Of a DNA stretch of 64,000 bases, positions 41,368-51,658 are shown piece after piece. The notes under the pieces are model-generated. The model did not search any database and had not been told where the DNA came from. It was given only the letters and a program-made list of their open reading frames with translations. Position 1 is the first letter of the stretch. Each line of letters opens with the position of its first letter. The stretch comes from an uncultured delta proteobacterium (lineage in GTDB: Bacteria; Desulfobacterota; Binatia; UBA9968), in assembly GCA_963755715.1 (NCBI GenBank), contig CAVWLW010000050.1:53189-117188 (forward strand). The letters run 5' to 3'. Position numbers and translations under genes: made by a program.

Positions 41368-43980
41368 TCACGGCGTCCCGATCAAGCCGTTGGATTGGAT
41401 GTTAAAGCCGTTCATCAACCATATCGCAACCGCCCCGGAAATCTGTCGCCACAGGATATCGCTCTTGCCGTCACCGTTGAAGTCACCGGTGCCGGCGATT
41501 TGCCAATCGTTTCCCGGCGTCCCGACCAAGCCGTTGGCTTGGATGTTAAAGCCGTTCATCAACCATATCGCAACCGCCCCGGAAATCTGTCGCCACAGGA
41601 TATCGCTCTTGCCGTCACCGTTGAAGTCACCGGTGCCGGCGATTTGCCATTCGTTTCCCGGCGTCCCGACCAAGCCGTTGGCTTGGATGTTAAAGCCGTT
41701 CATCAACCATATCGCAACCGCCCCGGAAATGTGTCGCCACAGGATATCGCTCTTGCCGTCACCGTTGAAGTCACCGGTGCCGGCGATTTGCCATTCGTTT
41801 CCCGGCGTCCCGACCAAGCCGTTGGCTTGGATGTTAAAGCCGTTCATCAACCATATCGCAACCGCCCCGGAAATCTGTCGCCACAGGATATCGCTCTTGC
41901 CGTCACCGTTGAAGTCACCGGTGCCGGCGATTTGCCAACCGTTTCCCGGCGTCCCGACCAAGGCGTTGGATTGGATGTTAAAGCCGTTCATCAACCATAT
42001 CGCAACCGCCCCGGAAATGTGTCGCCACAGGATATCGCTCTTGCCGTCACCGTTGAAGTCACCGGTGCCGGCGATTTGCCAACCGTTTCCCGGCGTCCCG
42101 ACCAAGGCGTTGGATTGGATGTTAAAGCCGTTCATCAACCATATCGCAACCGCCCCGGAAATGTGTCGCCACAGGATATCGCTCTTGCCGTCACCGTTGA
42201 AGTCACCGGTGCCGGCGATTTGCCAATCGCTCTCCGCTGTCCCCAAGTCAAGCGCCGCGCCGGTGGCCCAGTTACCTGAGGTTGCGCCGGTGATAAGCTG
42301 ATTGAAGCCCCAGGCGGCCGCCGTGCTTGACGGGTCGATTTGGGTCGCCGAATAATCTCCCCAGCGACATGAAGCACTGGTCTTTTCGTTGGATACTGTG
42401 TTGCACGGGACAAAGCGAACGCCATCAAACTCCACGGTGAACTGAGTTGCCGACGTTGCGACAACGTCAAAAGTATACCCCGCGCTCGATGAGTTCGGAC
42501 CGCGGAACATGAGCATGGCTGCATTGCCGGTCGGAGCTCCCTGCGATGGCCACGTGCGCGTCGCTGTGACGAACGCATCTGCGGCGTTGGTCGCAACCGA
42601 CGGATTGAACACGTTATCGTCAGACGCAGTAAACAGATCTATTGTGAACAGCGGAGCCGTGCCCGTCGTCGAGAACTGGTAGAGCCGAGCCACAGCACGG
42701 CCATTGTTCACGGCGTGGACGTTCCATAGGGACGTTCCGTTCTGAATGCTGGCGGATTGGAAGCGACCATCCAGAGTGTCGAGCCTCTGACCGTTGGGTT
42801 GTGCAGCATCCGGCGCAGCCGTCCATGCCGTGACCGTGATCGGCGATGTGGTGCTCAACGTATCGGAACCGACACTGGCGCCCTCAGTGAGCTGATACCG
42901 CGTGATCGAGTTGCCGGAGCCCGAGCCCGGCGAGAGGAAGTACGGCGTCGTGCTGGAATCCTGGACGAGCGGAGGCGCGATATTAAACACCAAGTCGTTG
43001 AAGCATATGGCGCTAGGTGCTGTGCCGACGAGTGATGGCGCCTTATCGATCGAAATGATCGCCCCCCTCACCGTGGTGATGCCGAAATCGTTCGCCGTGA
43101 TGAACCAGCGCGCGCTGCTATATCCGGCGCTTGGATAGTCCCAGGAGCGGTTGGCTGCTTGTTTGCAAAAAAATGAGCCTCCTTGGCTGAGAAAGAAACG
43201 ATACTGGAACCACGTGGTACCAGTGTTGTCGGTGGAAACGGCGAAGTATTGGAACTGATCAGCGTTGGTGCTGTCGTCCGAGTCCGCCGATACAAAGAAG
43301 CGGTCCACCGCGGGATCGTAGAGCACACGCGGATCGAACAATGTCTGGGTTGCCGGAATCGAAAAAGCATTGAAAAAGGTCTTCAGCGATACTTTGCTGA
43401 CCAGCGCGCAGTTTGTCTTGTTGTAAACGCCGACCTCGACGTTCGTCACCGTAACGATGTTGGCTGGGCCGGCCGCACCGTGAATGTCGGACGGCAAAAA
43501 CCCCACCGCCGAGTTCGTCTGACAACTGGGCGGGACAGTTGGCGATTCCGACGGCGGCGGCTGCGGCGCACTTGTGAACGGGCCTTGCCGTTGTGCGGGC
43601 GCAACAGGCTGGTTCGTCTTGATCTGCCCCAGCGCGTCATCACCGATCGGGATTCGCCTGTGAATCGCTCTCGGGGACACATCCTGTTCGGACATGAGCA
43701 TGTCTTCGGACATGATCATGCCCAGGGGCATCTGGTAGGTCCCGCCGCCGATTGCTGTCTGGATCTGGACTTGAGCTTGCGCAGCACCCGATGGGCCGAT
43801 GAGTACGAAGCCTGAGGCTAGTCCAACGAGACGGACCAGCCAGAGGGCGATCCACCTTACGCTTCGGCTTGATGCTCTTTGAAAACTATAGTTGGCCACG
43901 TCACAACTCTGGAGTTCACAAGCACATAATCCAAGCTCGTGGCCCAGGTCAAACAGTCCTGACTCAGCCTGACCGTGCAC
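41368..43980 (-). CDS. secreted protein with N-terminal uncharacterised domain and six C-terminal FG-GAP/VCBS-like repeats
   Basis: 870-aa ORF. A signal-peptide-like segment (RWIALWLVRLVGLASGFVLIGPSGAAQAQ) follows a possible alternative GTG start. The C-terminal third is six copies of QIAGTGDFNGDGKSDILWR(H/Q)ISGAVAIWLMNGFNIQ(S/A)N(A/G)LVGTPGN(G/E/D)W. Confidence 0.7.
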   Translation of the reverse strand: MHGQAESGLFDLGHELGLCACELQSCDVANYSFQRASSRSVRWIALWLVRLVGLASGFVLIGPSGAAQAQVQIQTAIGGGTYQMPLGMIMSEDMLMSEQDVSPRAIHRRIPIGDDALGQIKTNQPVAPAQRQGPFTSAPQPPPSESPTVPPSCQTNSAVGFLPSDIHGAAGPANIVTVTNVEVGVYNKTNCALVSKVSLKTFFNAFSIPATQTLFDPRVLYDPAVDRFFVSADSDDSTNADQFQYFAVSTDNTGTTWFQYRFFLSQGGSFFCKQAANRSWDYPSAGYSSARWFITANDFGITTVRGAIISIDKAPSLVGTAPSAICFNDLVFNIAPPLVQDSSTTPYFLSPGSGSGNSITRYQLTEGASVGSDTLSTTSPITVTAWTAAPDAAQPNGQRLDTLDGRFQSASIQNGTSLWNVHAVNNGRAVARLYQFSTTGTAPLFTIDLFTASDDNVFNPSVATNAADAFVTATRTWPSQGAPTGNAAMLMFRGPNSSSAGYTFDVVATSATQFTVEFDGVRFVPCNTVSNEKTSASCRWGDYSATQIDPSSTAAAWGFNQLITGATSGNWATGAALDLGTAESDWQIAGTGDFNGDGKSDILWRHISGAVAIWLMNGFNIQSNALVGTPGNGWQIAGTGDFNGDGKSDILWRHISGAVAIWLMNGFNIQSNALVGTPGNGWQIAGTGDFNGDGKSDILWRQISGAVAIWLMNGFNIQANGLVGTPGNEWQIAGTGDFNGDGKSDILWRHISGAVAIWLMNGFNIQANGLVGTPGNEWQIAGTGDFNGDGKSDILWRQISGAVAIWLMNGFNIQANGLVGTPGNDWQIAGTGDFNGDGKSDILWRQISGAVAIWLMNGFNIQSNGLIGTP
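41383..42300 (-). repeat. six and a half tandem 141-bp coding repeats (near-identical at DNA level)
   Basis: The unit gccgttggattggatgttaaagccgttcatcaaccatatcgcaaccgccccggaaatctgtcgccacaggatatcgctcttgccgtcaccgttgaagtcaccggtgccggcgatttgccaatcgtttcccggcgtcccgaccaa recurs at 141-bp spacing, with only a handful of substitutions per copy. Confidence 0.85.
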
Positions 43981-44095
43981 TGCGGAGGCGGTGAAGCTAG
44001 CCGGGCTAACGGTTGCTTTTTCTTCCAGACTCTAAAACACCGAGTCCGATTTACGTGAACTTTAAACCTTGAACCTTGAATGGGCGCAAGCCATT

Positions 44096-45058
44096 TTACT
44101 CCGGCATCACCTGTTGGACTCGCTCGGGCTCATCGCCGAGCCACGTCGGATTGGATGCGGTGCCGTCGAAAATCGACGTCGTCTTAAACAGCTCGAATTC
44201 GCCGCGCGCAGCCGCTTTCGCCGTTTTCGTCAGCAACGATTTCACTTGGGTTTTGCCCATCGGTCGAAAAGTGCGCGCCGCGTCGAATGCCTGATCGAGA
44301 ATCTCCATGCTATCGACACCGGTGATGACCACCGACGTCGGTAAGTTTAGGGCATAGTGGAGACACTCTATCGCAGTTACGGTCTTCGACTTCAGAATAA
44401 GTCCGTTAGCCATGCTTTTCATGCCGAGCACGCCGATTTTTTGCTTCACGAGCTCGGGCAGAACCAGTTTTTCAAAGCTCCGGTAGTGCGCGTCCATGAC
44501 GTTGAGCGGCATCTGCACCGTATCGAACTTGAACCGCTGCTGCTTTGCCACCTCGAGCATATAGAGGTGAATGCGCGGGTCCTTGTGGCCGGTGAAGCCG
44601 ATGTAGCGGAGCTTTCCCGCTTTACGCGCCTCGATGAGCGCAGCGTGGGCGCCGTCGTCGTCGAAGATGCGGTGCGGATCCTCGTAGCGCAGGATCTCGT
44701 GGTGCTGGACCAGGTCAATGCAGTCGGTCTGCAGGCGACGCAACGACTCTTCGATTTGCCTCGCTGCTTCTTTTTTCGAGCGCCCGTCGATCTTGGTCAT
44801 CAAGAATACTTTGCTCCGATAGCCGTCGCGGAGCGCTTTGCCCATGCGGATCTCGCTGGCGCCGTCATTGTAGTCCCAGCAGTTGTCCATGAAGTTGATG
44901 CCGCGATGAATCGCATCGCGAACGATACGGATACTCAGCGGTTCATCCACCTTTTTGAGGCCGAGGTGCCAGCCTCCAAGACCGATGGCGGATACCCGTT
45001 CTTTGGTGCTGCCGAGGACTCGGTACGGCATTTCAGCGTGCCCTGTGTTTGTCGCCAT
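44096..45058 (-). CDS. aldo/keto reductase
   Basis: AAGGAGGAG RBS before the ATG at 45058 (MATNTGHAEMPYRVLGSTKERVSAIGLGGWHLG..). Full-length AKR fold features (..DNCWDYNDGASE.., ..IGFTGHKDP..). Confidence 0.85.
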   Translation of the reverse strand: MATNTGHAEMPYRVLGSTKERVSAIGLGGWHLGLKKVDEPLSIRIVRDAIHRGINFMDNCWDYNDGASEIRMGKALRDGYRSKVFLMTKIDGRSKKEAARQIEESLRRLQTDCIDLVQHHEILRYEDPHRIFDDDGAHAALIEARKAGKLRYIGFTGHKDPRIHLYMLEVAKQQRFKFDTVQMPLNVMDAHYRSFEKLVLPELVKQKIGVLGMKSMANGLILKSKTVTAIECLHYALNLPTSVVITGVDSMEILDQAFDAARTFRPMGKTQVKSLLTKTAKAAARGEFELFKTTSIFDGTASNPTWLGDEPERVQQVMPE

Positions 45059-45254
45059 GGTCTCCTCCTTTTGAATTGCCTGCCGTGGTTTTTTGGTTTG
45101 CTGCATGCTGGATAGATACGCGATGCGTATCATCTAAGTATTTCACCTCTTTTGTTGCCTGCAAGATGGGTTGCGGCCGGAGGGCGTGAAGAAGTCGGGG
45201 TATCCCGACTGTAAAAATTTTAGTGAAAGGGCCGGAGCTTGCGATACGACAGAG

Positions 45255-46079
45255 TCAATTCGCTTCCTCGATTCGTTTGAGTCTGCGGCTCACCGTCGCG
45301 TAGTGGACATCCAAGTGCGAGGCGATCTCGTTGAGCCGATATCCATGCGCGTACGCCTCGGCGATCGCCTTTTCGCCACTCTTTGCAAATATCCGCTGCA
45401 GCGAGGGCGTAGCCGCTCTCAATTGCGCGCGCGGTATCTCCTTAACGTCCTTTTTACCAGAAGCGTGTTTCTCGATGAACGCTTCACTTCCCAAGTAGAT
45501 CTGACCCTTGAGATCGTCCCACGGCCGACTCGCCATTCCGTCCCTGACGAACTCCCGATATCGCTGCTGTGCTCTTGATCGGCTCTTGCCAAATTGCTCC
45601 AGAATCCAGTCGGTGTGCAGAAACTCCGGCACGGATGCGAGTCCCGCGGTGGCCCGGTAACTGCTCCATTTCCAAGTGGATGCTTTGGCGCTGCTCTTGA
45701 CCCGCGCGGGATTGAGCACGATGTACCGACATAGTTCCAACAGATGCGAATCCCTTTCTACCAGGATCGCCTTGAATCGCCCCTGAAACAGATGTCCAAC
45801 CCGGTTGTGCCGGCGGTTAAAACTTTGCGTGTAAATGCCGTTGAGCTGGCGCATGCCGATCGAAAGGTTCGCCTTGGGCGTCTCCACCAGCAAGTGATAA
45901 TGATTGGCCATCAAGCAGTAGGCGCGGCAGATCCAGTGGTAGCGAGTCACCACCCCGGTCAGTGTGCTCAGAAACAACTCGCGGTCGGCGTCAGTAAAAA
46001 ACACTTTCTGCCGCGCGTTGCCGCGGCCCGTCAGATGATAGATCGCACCGGGAAACTCTAATCGCAGAGGGCGCGCCAT
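45255..46079 (-). CDS. REP-associated tyrosine transposase (RAYT; IS200-like Y1 HuH transposase, COG1943-type) with C-terminal HTH extension, apparently intact
   Basis: 274 aa with no internal stops. MARPLRLEFPGAIYHLTGRGNARQKVFFTDADRELF..YCLMANHYHLLVETP (HuH) ..GIYTQSFNRRHNRVGHLFQGRF (catalytic Tyr region) ..YIVLNPARV..WKWSSY.., then the C-terminal ..HGYRLNEIASHLDVHYATVSRRLKRIEE. Confidence 0.85.
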   Translation of the reverse strand: MARPLRLEFPGAIYHLTGRGNARQKVFFTDADRELFLSTLTGVVTRYHWICRAYCLMANHYHLLVETPKANLSIGMRQLNGIYTQSFNRRHNRVGHLFQGRFKAILVERDSHLLELCRYIVLNPARVKSSAKASTWKWSSYRATAGLASVPEFLHTDWILEQFGKSRSRAQQRYREFVRDGMASRPWDDLKGQIYLGSEAFIEKHASGKKDVKEIPRAQLRAATPSLQRIFAKSGEKAIAEAYAHGYRLNEIASHLDVHYATVSRRLKRIEEAN

Positions 46080-46328
46080 AGCACCGACCTTCTTATCGAA
46101 CGAAATGTGTTATTGCAAGACCTGACCCCAAAACCATGCACTCCGCGCTGGTCGCGCCTGCTTATCGGCTTCAGCGCGCTTTACGCCGGCGCCATGATCG
46201 CGCTATGTTCTAACGATGATTTTTAAGCCCGAGATGCGCTGGTTCGGCGGCACGATTCCGATTTTCTTTCACTTCGTGCTGGCCGGTTTTATCTTGGTGC
46301 TTGGACGCTACCACTCTCAAGCCAGCAA

Positions 46329-48125
46329 ATGAAAGCTATCATCTTAATCATCGGCTTAATCATCGGCGCTTGCTTGACCTGGCTTGTGTGTGCGCCATCC
46401 CGGCTAGGCTCATGGTGGCTCGCGAAACAAATCGGCGCGCGGCCCGCCGAATATTCGGTTCGCATCGAACGCGGGGTTACCATGACTTCGTACGACGGAA
46501 CCCTGTTAGTCGCGGATGTTTATCAACCGTCTGACGCGAGTCCGCACCCGACTATTCTGGTCCGCATTCCGTATACAAAGAATTTCTATAATACGATGAT
46601 CGCGACCGTTGTCGGAAGATATTGGGCCGAGCGGGGATACCACGTCGTCATCCAGGGCACGCGCGGACGCTACGAATCCGACGGAACATACGATCCCTTC
46701 AAACACGAGCGACGAGACGGCATCGAAACCCTGCGCTGGATCGCCAAGCAGCCTTGGTTCAACGGGCGATTGGGCATGTGGGGAGGTTCCTACTTCGGCT
46801 ATACTCAGTGGGTGTTGGCGGATCAGTCTGCGCCTGGGGCCTCGGCGTTTAATATTCAGATTGCGAGCAGCGAATTTTACCGTATGTTTTATCCAGGCGG
46901 CGCACTCTCACTCGAAAGCGCTTTGAATTGGGCTGTCAGCAGCCACGGCAAAGAAGACATCGAGCCCGACCAAGAAACCCTGGATCGCGGATTTAACGGC
47001 CTGCCACTGATCCAAGCGGACGACCGCGCCATAACCGATATCCCGTTCTTCAACGACTGGGTGAATCACCCAACGAGAGACGAATATTGGCACGCCGTCG
47101 ACGGCGATGAGCGGGTGAAAAATCTCACTGCGCCGGCGCTTTTGATGGCCGGATGGTACGATCCTTTCTTACCGGCGCAACTCGATGATTTCGTGCGTAT
47201 ACGGCGCGATACCCGTCCGGAGGTAGCGGCGGCATCACGCTTGGTCGTCGGACCTTGGGCGCACGCGCGCACCGTCATCCTGCCGGACGGCGCGGTTCAA
47301 CCCAACTATCGCGTCGAGAGTTTCACGCCAAGTGTGCCGTGGTTCGACCAACACTTGCGCGGCACTGGAGAGGCGTTGGCGGCGCCGGTCCGAATCTTTG
47401 TCATGGGCGCGAATGTTTGGCGCGACGAACAAGAATGGCCGCTTGAGCGGACGCAGTTCGCGGATTTTTTTCTCGACAGCAGCGGCCGTGCAAATAGCGC
47501 CGGCGGCGACGGAAGACTATCGTTGAAAGCGCCAGCCGAAAACACACCGTCGGACACTTTTATTTACGATCCATTGCGCCCCGTGCCGTCTGCCGGCGGC
47601 GCCATGATCGGCCCGCGTGCCGGCATCGCTTTACAAAACAAGCTCGAAGCGAGGCCGGATGTGCTGGTTTACTCAACGCCGCCACTGGATAAAGACATCG
47701 AAGCAACCGGGCCGGTGAAGCTCATTCTGTTCGTTGCGACGACGGCGCCCAATACCGATTTTACTGCCAAATTAGTCGACATATTTCCGGACGGCTCGGC
47801 ATATAACGTGTCCGATGGTATTCTTCGACGCGGGTATGAAGGCAATTCTCCTACGAAAATCACCGTAGACCTTTGGCCCACAAGTTTCGTTTTTCGCAAA
47901 GGACACCGTATCCGGCTCGAGGTGTCAAGCAGCAATTTTCCCCGATTCGATCGCAACCCGAATACCGGAAGAACCATCGCTACCGAAACGGAAACGATCG
48001 TCGCGCGCCAAATGATTCATCATAGTTCGTCTATGCCATCGCGACTGGTTCTACCGGTGATTCCACATCGGGAGACCGCCACGGAAACACGAACAACATT
48101 GATTGAATCAGCCAATTTGCCGTGA
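46329..48125 (+). CDS. CocE/NonD-family hydrolase (S15 X-Pro dipeptidyl-peptidase-like alpha/beta hydrolase)
   Basis: 598 aa. ..RIPYTKN.., nucleophile elbow GGSYFGYTQW (GxSxG), and the C-terminal beta-sandwich region typical of the CocE/NonD family. Confidence 0.75.
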   Translation: MKAIILIIGLIIGACLTWLVCAPSRLGSWWLAKQIGARPAEYSVRIERGVTMTSYDGTLLVADVYQPSDASPHPTILVRIPYTKNFYNTMIATVVGRYWAERGYHVVIQGTRGRYESDGTYDPFKHERRDGIETLRWIAKQPWFNGRLGMWGGSYFGYTQWVLADQSAPGASAFNIQIASSEFYRMFYPGGALSLESALNWAVSSHGKEDIEPDQETLDRGFNGLPLIQADDRAITDIPFFNDWVNHPTRDEYWHAVDGDERVKNLTAPALLMAGWYDPFLPAQLDDFVRIRRDTRPEVAAASRLVVGPWAHARTVILPDGAVQPNYRVESFTPSVPWFDQHLRGTGEALAAPVRIFVMGANVWRDEQEWPLERTQFADFFLDSSGRANSAGGDGRLSLKAPAENTPSDTFIYDPLRPVPSAGGAMIGPRAGIALQNKLEARPDVLVYSTPPLDKDIEATGPVKLILFVATTAPNTDFTAKLVDIFPDGSAYNVSDGILRRGYEGNSPTKITVDLWPTSFVFRKGHRIRLEVSSSNFPRFDRNPNTGRTIATETETIVARQMIHHSSSMPSRLVLPVIPHRETATETRTTLIESANLP

Positions 48126-48438
48126 TAAGAAAACGCTCACCGCGGAGGCCTTCAAATCACGATGAATTTCCAAGGGGAGAAATTACGGTGTCTACCATCG
48201 GAATTTAGCAGGTAGCAGGATCTAAGAGAATCCTGTAAAGAGATTCTTGACGAGGGTGTGGCTCTTGGGGTCAGTGGCCTGTTTATTCAGGCTCACCCAG
48301 TCTGAAATGCCGCCCTCGTCACCTGCATCATCCGAGGGTCGACCGGGATGGTGCCATATTCTCTCACCAGAATACGTGGCTCTGTAAGTAGACGAGACCG
48401 AAGGATGATGAAATCTCGATCTACGAAGGAGGAGCTAC

Positions 48439-49890
48439 GTGTCAGAAGAAAAATCATTAGAACTCAGAGTCAGTGTGGACGTGGGGTATCGTCGTCACAG
48501 TGTGGCGATGGGGTTATCGAGCGGCGAGGTGCTCGAAGAGTTCGAAATCGAGCACCGGCCCGAGGGATTTCAAGAGTTCTTTTCTCGCATCGAGAAGCAC
48601 CGCAAGAAAGAGTACTGTGCAGTAGCGGTAGCCATGGAAGGTTACAACGGCTACGCGCGGCCACTGGACAGCATGGTCCGTCAACGGGGTTATCGGCTTT
48701 ATAATCTCAACAATCTAAAGTTTGCTCGCTTCAAAGAGATTTTCCCCGGAGCTGCCAAGAGCGACCGGATCGATGCGCGCAAGGGATTGGAGCTGTTTCA
48801 GCTAAGCGATCATCTGCCGTTGGCCAAAGAAGTGCTGCAGGAAGTCAGTGGGACACCGCCCGAGAACGAAGTCCTCAAACGATTAACCCGGCGCCGGCGC
48901 AGATTAGTCAACGAGCGGGTGCGGGTGGTGAACAATCTACAGGCCGATCTGCAAGCGGTGTGTCCAGGGTTATTAGAAATCACCGGTGAAGCAAGCAACC
49001 AGTGGTTTTTAAATTTTCTTCTCAGTGTGGACACTCTGCCCCAGCTTGCCCGGCTCAGACGCAGCACGCTTTTGAAGATCCCCTCGGTGGGAGTGAAGAG
49101 CGCCGCTATCATTGAGCGACTGGCAGAAGCGTGCTCACTTTAGCCAAGAGGTCGAGTGGGTCAGCGAGATGATCCAGGAAGATGCCAGGCGGTGTGTGGA
49201 GCTCGATGAGAAGATTAAGCGGTTAGAAACCAAGGTTGCCGAGGTTGCTAAGGACTCCAAGATCGCCAAGACTTTACGATCGATTCCGGGGTTTGGTGCC
49301 GTGTGCACTTCAGAATTGGCCGGCGAGATCGGCACCATCGAACGGTTTGCCTCTGAGGGAAGCCTTTCTTTGTATCTTGGCATGTCCACGTTGGACAACA
49401 GGTCGGGGAAATACCAGGGGACCAAGGCACCCAAGCACGTGAACACTCGGGCCAAAGCAGCGATGATGATCGCTTTGGATCGACATCGAAAATATGTCCC
49501 CGAGTCGCAGAGGTACTACGAAAAGAAACGAAGCGAGGGAAAGAAACACAACCAGGCGATTCGAGCTCTAGGTCGACACCTCGTCTCGGATCATTTACAA
49601 GATGCTCAAACAAGAACGGGAGTATGAGATTCGTCCTGAAAAGGGGAATACCAAGAGCCAAGGTCAGTCCGAGATCGTTCGATTAAAACGAAAATACGGA
49701 GGCCGAAAATCTCGAGCCAAGAAACAAAATAACAAAATCTACGAGCAGAGCGCGTACAGGCGTCATCACCGCTTGAAATTTCCAGCGGGATGTTCAGACT
49801 TTCTATTCTTGACAATCTGCCGCGAGTTGCACCGCCTGCTTCCTCAAAGGTTCGTTCTCGCTCATACGAACGGCAAACCGCGAGACTAAG
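48439..49890 (+). mobile_element. IS110-family transposase gene, disrupted by two frameshifts
   Basis: GAAGGAGGAG RBS, GTG start. The N-terminal DEDD domain (LRVSVDVGYRRHSVAM..AVAMEGYNGYARPLD) ends at 49143. The Transposase_20-type C-terminal domain (LRSIPGFGAVCTSELAGEIGTIERF.., ..YLGMSTLDNRSGKY..) is in a second frame (49112-49627). The typical ..RIIYKMLKQEREYE.. tail is in a third frame (49602-49889). I did not identify the element ends. Confidence 0.65.
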
Positions 49891-50078
49891 GAACTAACCG
49901 TTGCAACGTCTCGACCCAGACACTTCGCAACATCTTTAAGCTTATAGCCCAGCCGCCGGATCAGTACATATCCGACCAGCGCCCGCGATTGCGAGACCTC
50001 CCAGCCTCGGCCTGCTCCTTCAAGCACCTGGGGCTCCACCTCAACCGCTCGCGCGGCACTGCGAAACACGACGCTCAA
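49803..50078 (-). pseudogene. RAYT C-terminal (HTH-like) remnant
   Basis: ..RALVGYVLIRRLGYKLKDVAKCLGRDVATVSSLVSRFAV.. matches the C-terminal module of the intact RAYT and the fragment at 30077-30205. It lies next to the IS110 copy. Confidence 0.45.
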
Positions 50079-50330
50079 CTGCTTCTTACGCCGGAAAATC
50101 TCTTCCTCGTTAACTTTGCGCTTGAGCTTTTGGGCAAACTCCTCAGCTCCCGAAAACCGGTGGTCCTCAACCTGGTAATAATCCTCCCGATGCCCCCTCC
50201 GAGCGCTGCGCCGCCCAAGCCAGCAGAAGCAACATTGGGATTTTCATCAACCAGAAAGACGATTGACATCCCACCAGTCCGGCGGTATTGCTCGGGCCAG
50301 AAAAAAAGGTGGTTTAAAATTCCTATACAG

Positions 50331-50966
50331 ATGGAAACCCAAACGGCAACTCAGTTGCAGACGCAAAGTGAAAATGCCATGGAGCGCTTCGTGCGTAAAA
50401 CCCGTGTGCTCTTCGCTCAAGAACCGGACCTCGACAAGCGTTGGAATTCCCTGAGGCCGATACTCGCCGAGCTTCTGGCCGATCCTGACGTAATCGCGGC
50501 ATCGACGCAATGGCCGGATTGCGTGCCGGCGAACGGGCGAGCAGAGAATCTGCTTTTTTACGAGGATCTGGATTACGGCTTTGCCATCAACGGATTGACC
50601 AAAGGCGACGCAAGGCAAGGCGGGCGCGCTCGCATCCACGACCACGCCCATATTTACACACTCTACGGCGTGCTCGACGGACATGAGAAAGTGGTCCGTT
50701 ACGACCGGCTCGACGATCGCTCGAAGCCTGACCACGCCGAAATCCGGGAGAGCTGCAACGTGCTCGTCGGCCCCGGAGAGATCGACCTCGTCAAGCCCTA
50801 TGAGATTCACACCGAGATCACCGTTGGTGAACGCACCGTTGCCGTGATTATTCGCAGCCAGAAAGGCGGCGAGTTCAATCAGGGACGCTATGTTTCGGAA
50901 GAGAATCGTTACTATGAAAGCCTGGGACCGCGACAGACCCCTTGCGAGATGCTGCCAAAATATTAA
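50331..50966 (+). CDS. cupin-fold protein, cysteine-dioxygenase type I-like
   Basis: 211 aa from the internal ATG (METQTATQ). ..GRARIHDHAHIYTLYGVLDGHEKVVRYD.. resembles the metal-binding His cluster of bacterial CDO-like cupins. The family call is tentative. Confidence 0.45.
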   Translation: METQTATQLQTQSENAMERFVRKTRVLFAQEPDLDKRWNSLRPILAELLADPDVIAASTQWPDCVPANGRAENLLFYEDLDYGFAINGLTKGDARQGGRARIHDHAHIYTLYGVLDGHEKVVRYDRLDDRSKPDHAEIRESCNVLVGPGEIDLVKPYEIHTEITVGERTVAVIIRSQKGGEFNQGRYVSEENRYYESLGPRQTPCEMLPKY

Positions 50967-51016
50967 CCACGATTAAAATTGGGTAGCATGACAAGCATGC
51001 TCCTGCCCAAGAGGAG

Positions 51017-51640
51017 ATGACCATGGCACGACCCGAAAGAATTGGCCAATCGTTAGAATCGATCGAAGCATTGATCCACTACCTTGAGGAGGGCGAAAAA
51101 CCGGCCAGCTATGGTGGCGTGAGAAAATCAGTGGCGGCCCAGAAGAAAAAGGGCAAATATCAAGAGCACAAAATGACGATTTACAACGCCCGCGCCATCG
51201 CCGATCAATTGTCCCTGGAGCGCGAAGGTTTCATTCTCGTCAATCATGAAACCAAGATGACAAACTTCTACGACGAGAATGAAATTCGCAACCTGTACTA
51301 CAAGGAAACCGAGGAACTGGTAAAACGGACCTCCGGCGCCAAACGCGTCGTGGTTTTCGATCACACCTTGCGCTCCGCCGACGAGGCGATGCGTGAAGAG
51401 AAACAGATCAGCGGGCCGGTGCGCCACGCTCATAACGACTACACCGATTGGTCCGGGCCGCAGCGCGTGCGCGACCTACTCCCCGACGAAGCAGAAGAGC
51501 TTCTCAAACGCCGCTTTGCCATCGTCCAAACCTGGCGGCCGATCAACAAGCCCGTGCAGCGGGAGCCGCTGGCGATTGCCGATGCGCGCAGCATCGGAAC
51601 GAAGGAACTGGTCGCGCTCATGGCTTTCGACGGCAATTAA
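51017..51640 (+). CDS. hypothetical protein (possibly CmcJ/NvfI-like hydroxylase family)
   Basis: GAGGAG RBS. 207 aa. Has His/Asp-rich segments (..VVVFDHTLR.., ..VRHAHNDYTDW..), but I cannot assign a family. Confidence 0.35.
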   Translation: MTMARPERIGQSLESIEALIHYLEEGEKPASYGGVRKSVAAQKKKGKYQEHKMTIYNARAIADQLSLEREGFILVNHETKMTNFYDENEIRNLYYKETEELVKRTSGAKRVVVFDHTLRSADEAMREEKQISGPVRHAHNDYTDWSGPQRVRDLLPDEAEELLKRRFAIVQTWRPINKPVQREPLAIADARSIGTKELVALMAFDGN

Positions 51641-51658
51641 CCCCGGCGGAGGGTCGAA

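Noticed and set aside
41383-42300. Regular 141-bp direct repeats considered as a possible CRISPR-like array
   Set aside because: The units are contiguous with no spacers. They lie in frame inside an 870-codon ORF and encode FG-GAP/VCBS-type protein repeats.
41339-42301. Two ~300-codon plus-strand ORFs with internal repeats
   Set aside because: They are antisense readings of the 141-bp FG-GAP coding repeats. The repeat structure of the DNA is what keeps these frames open.
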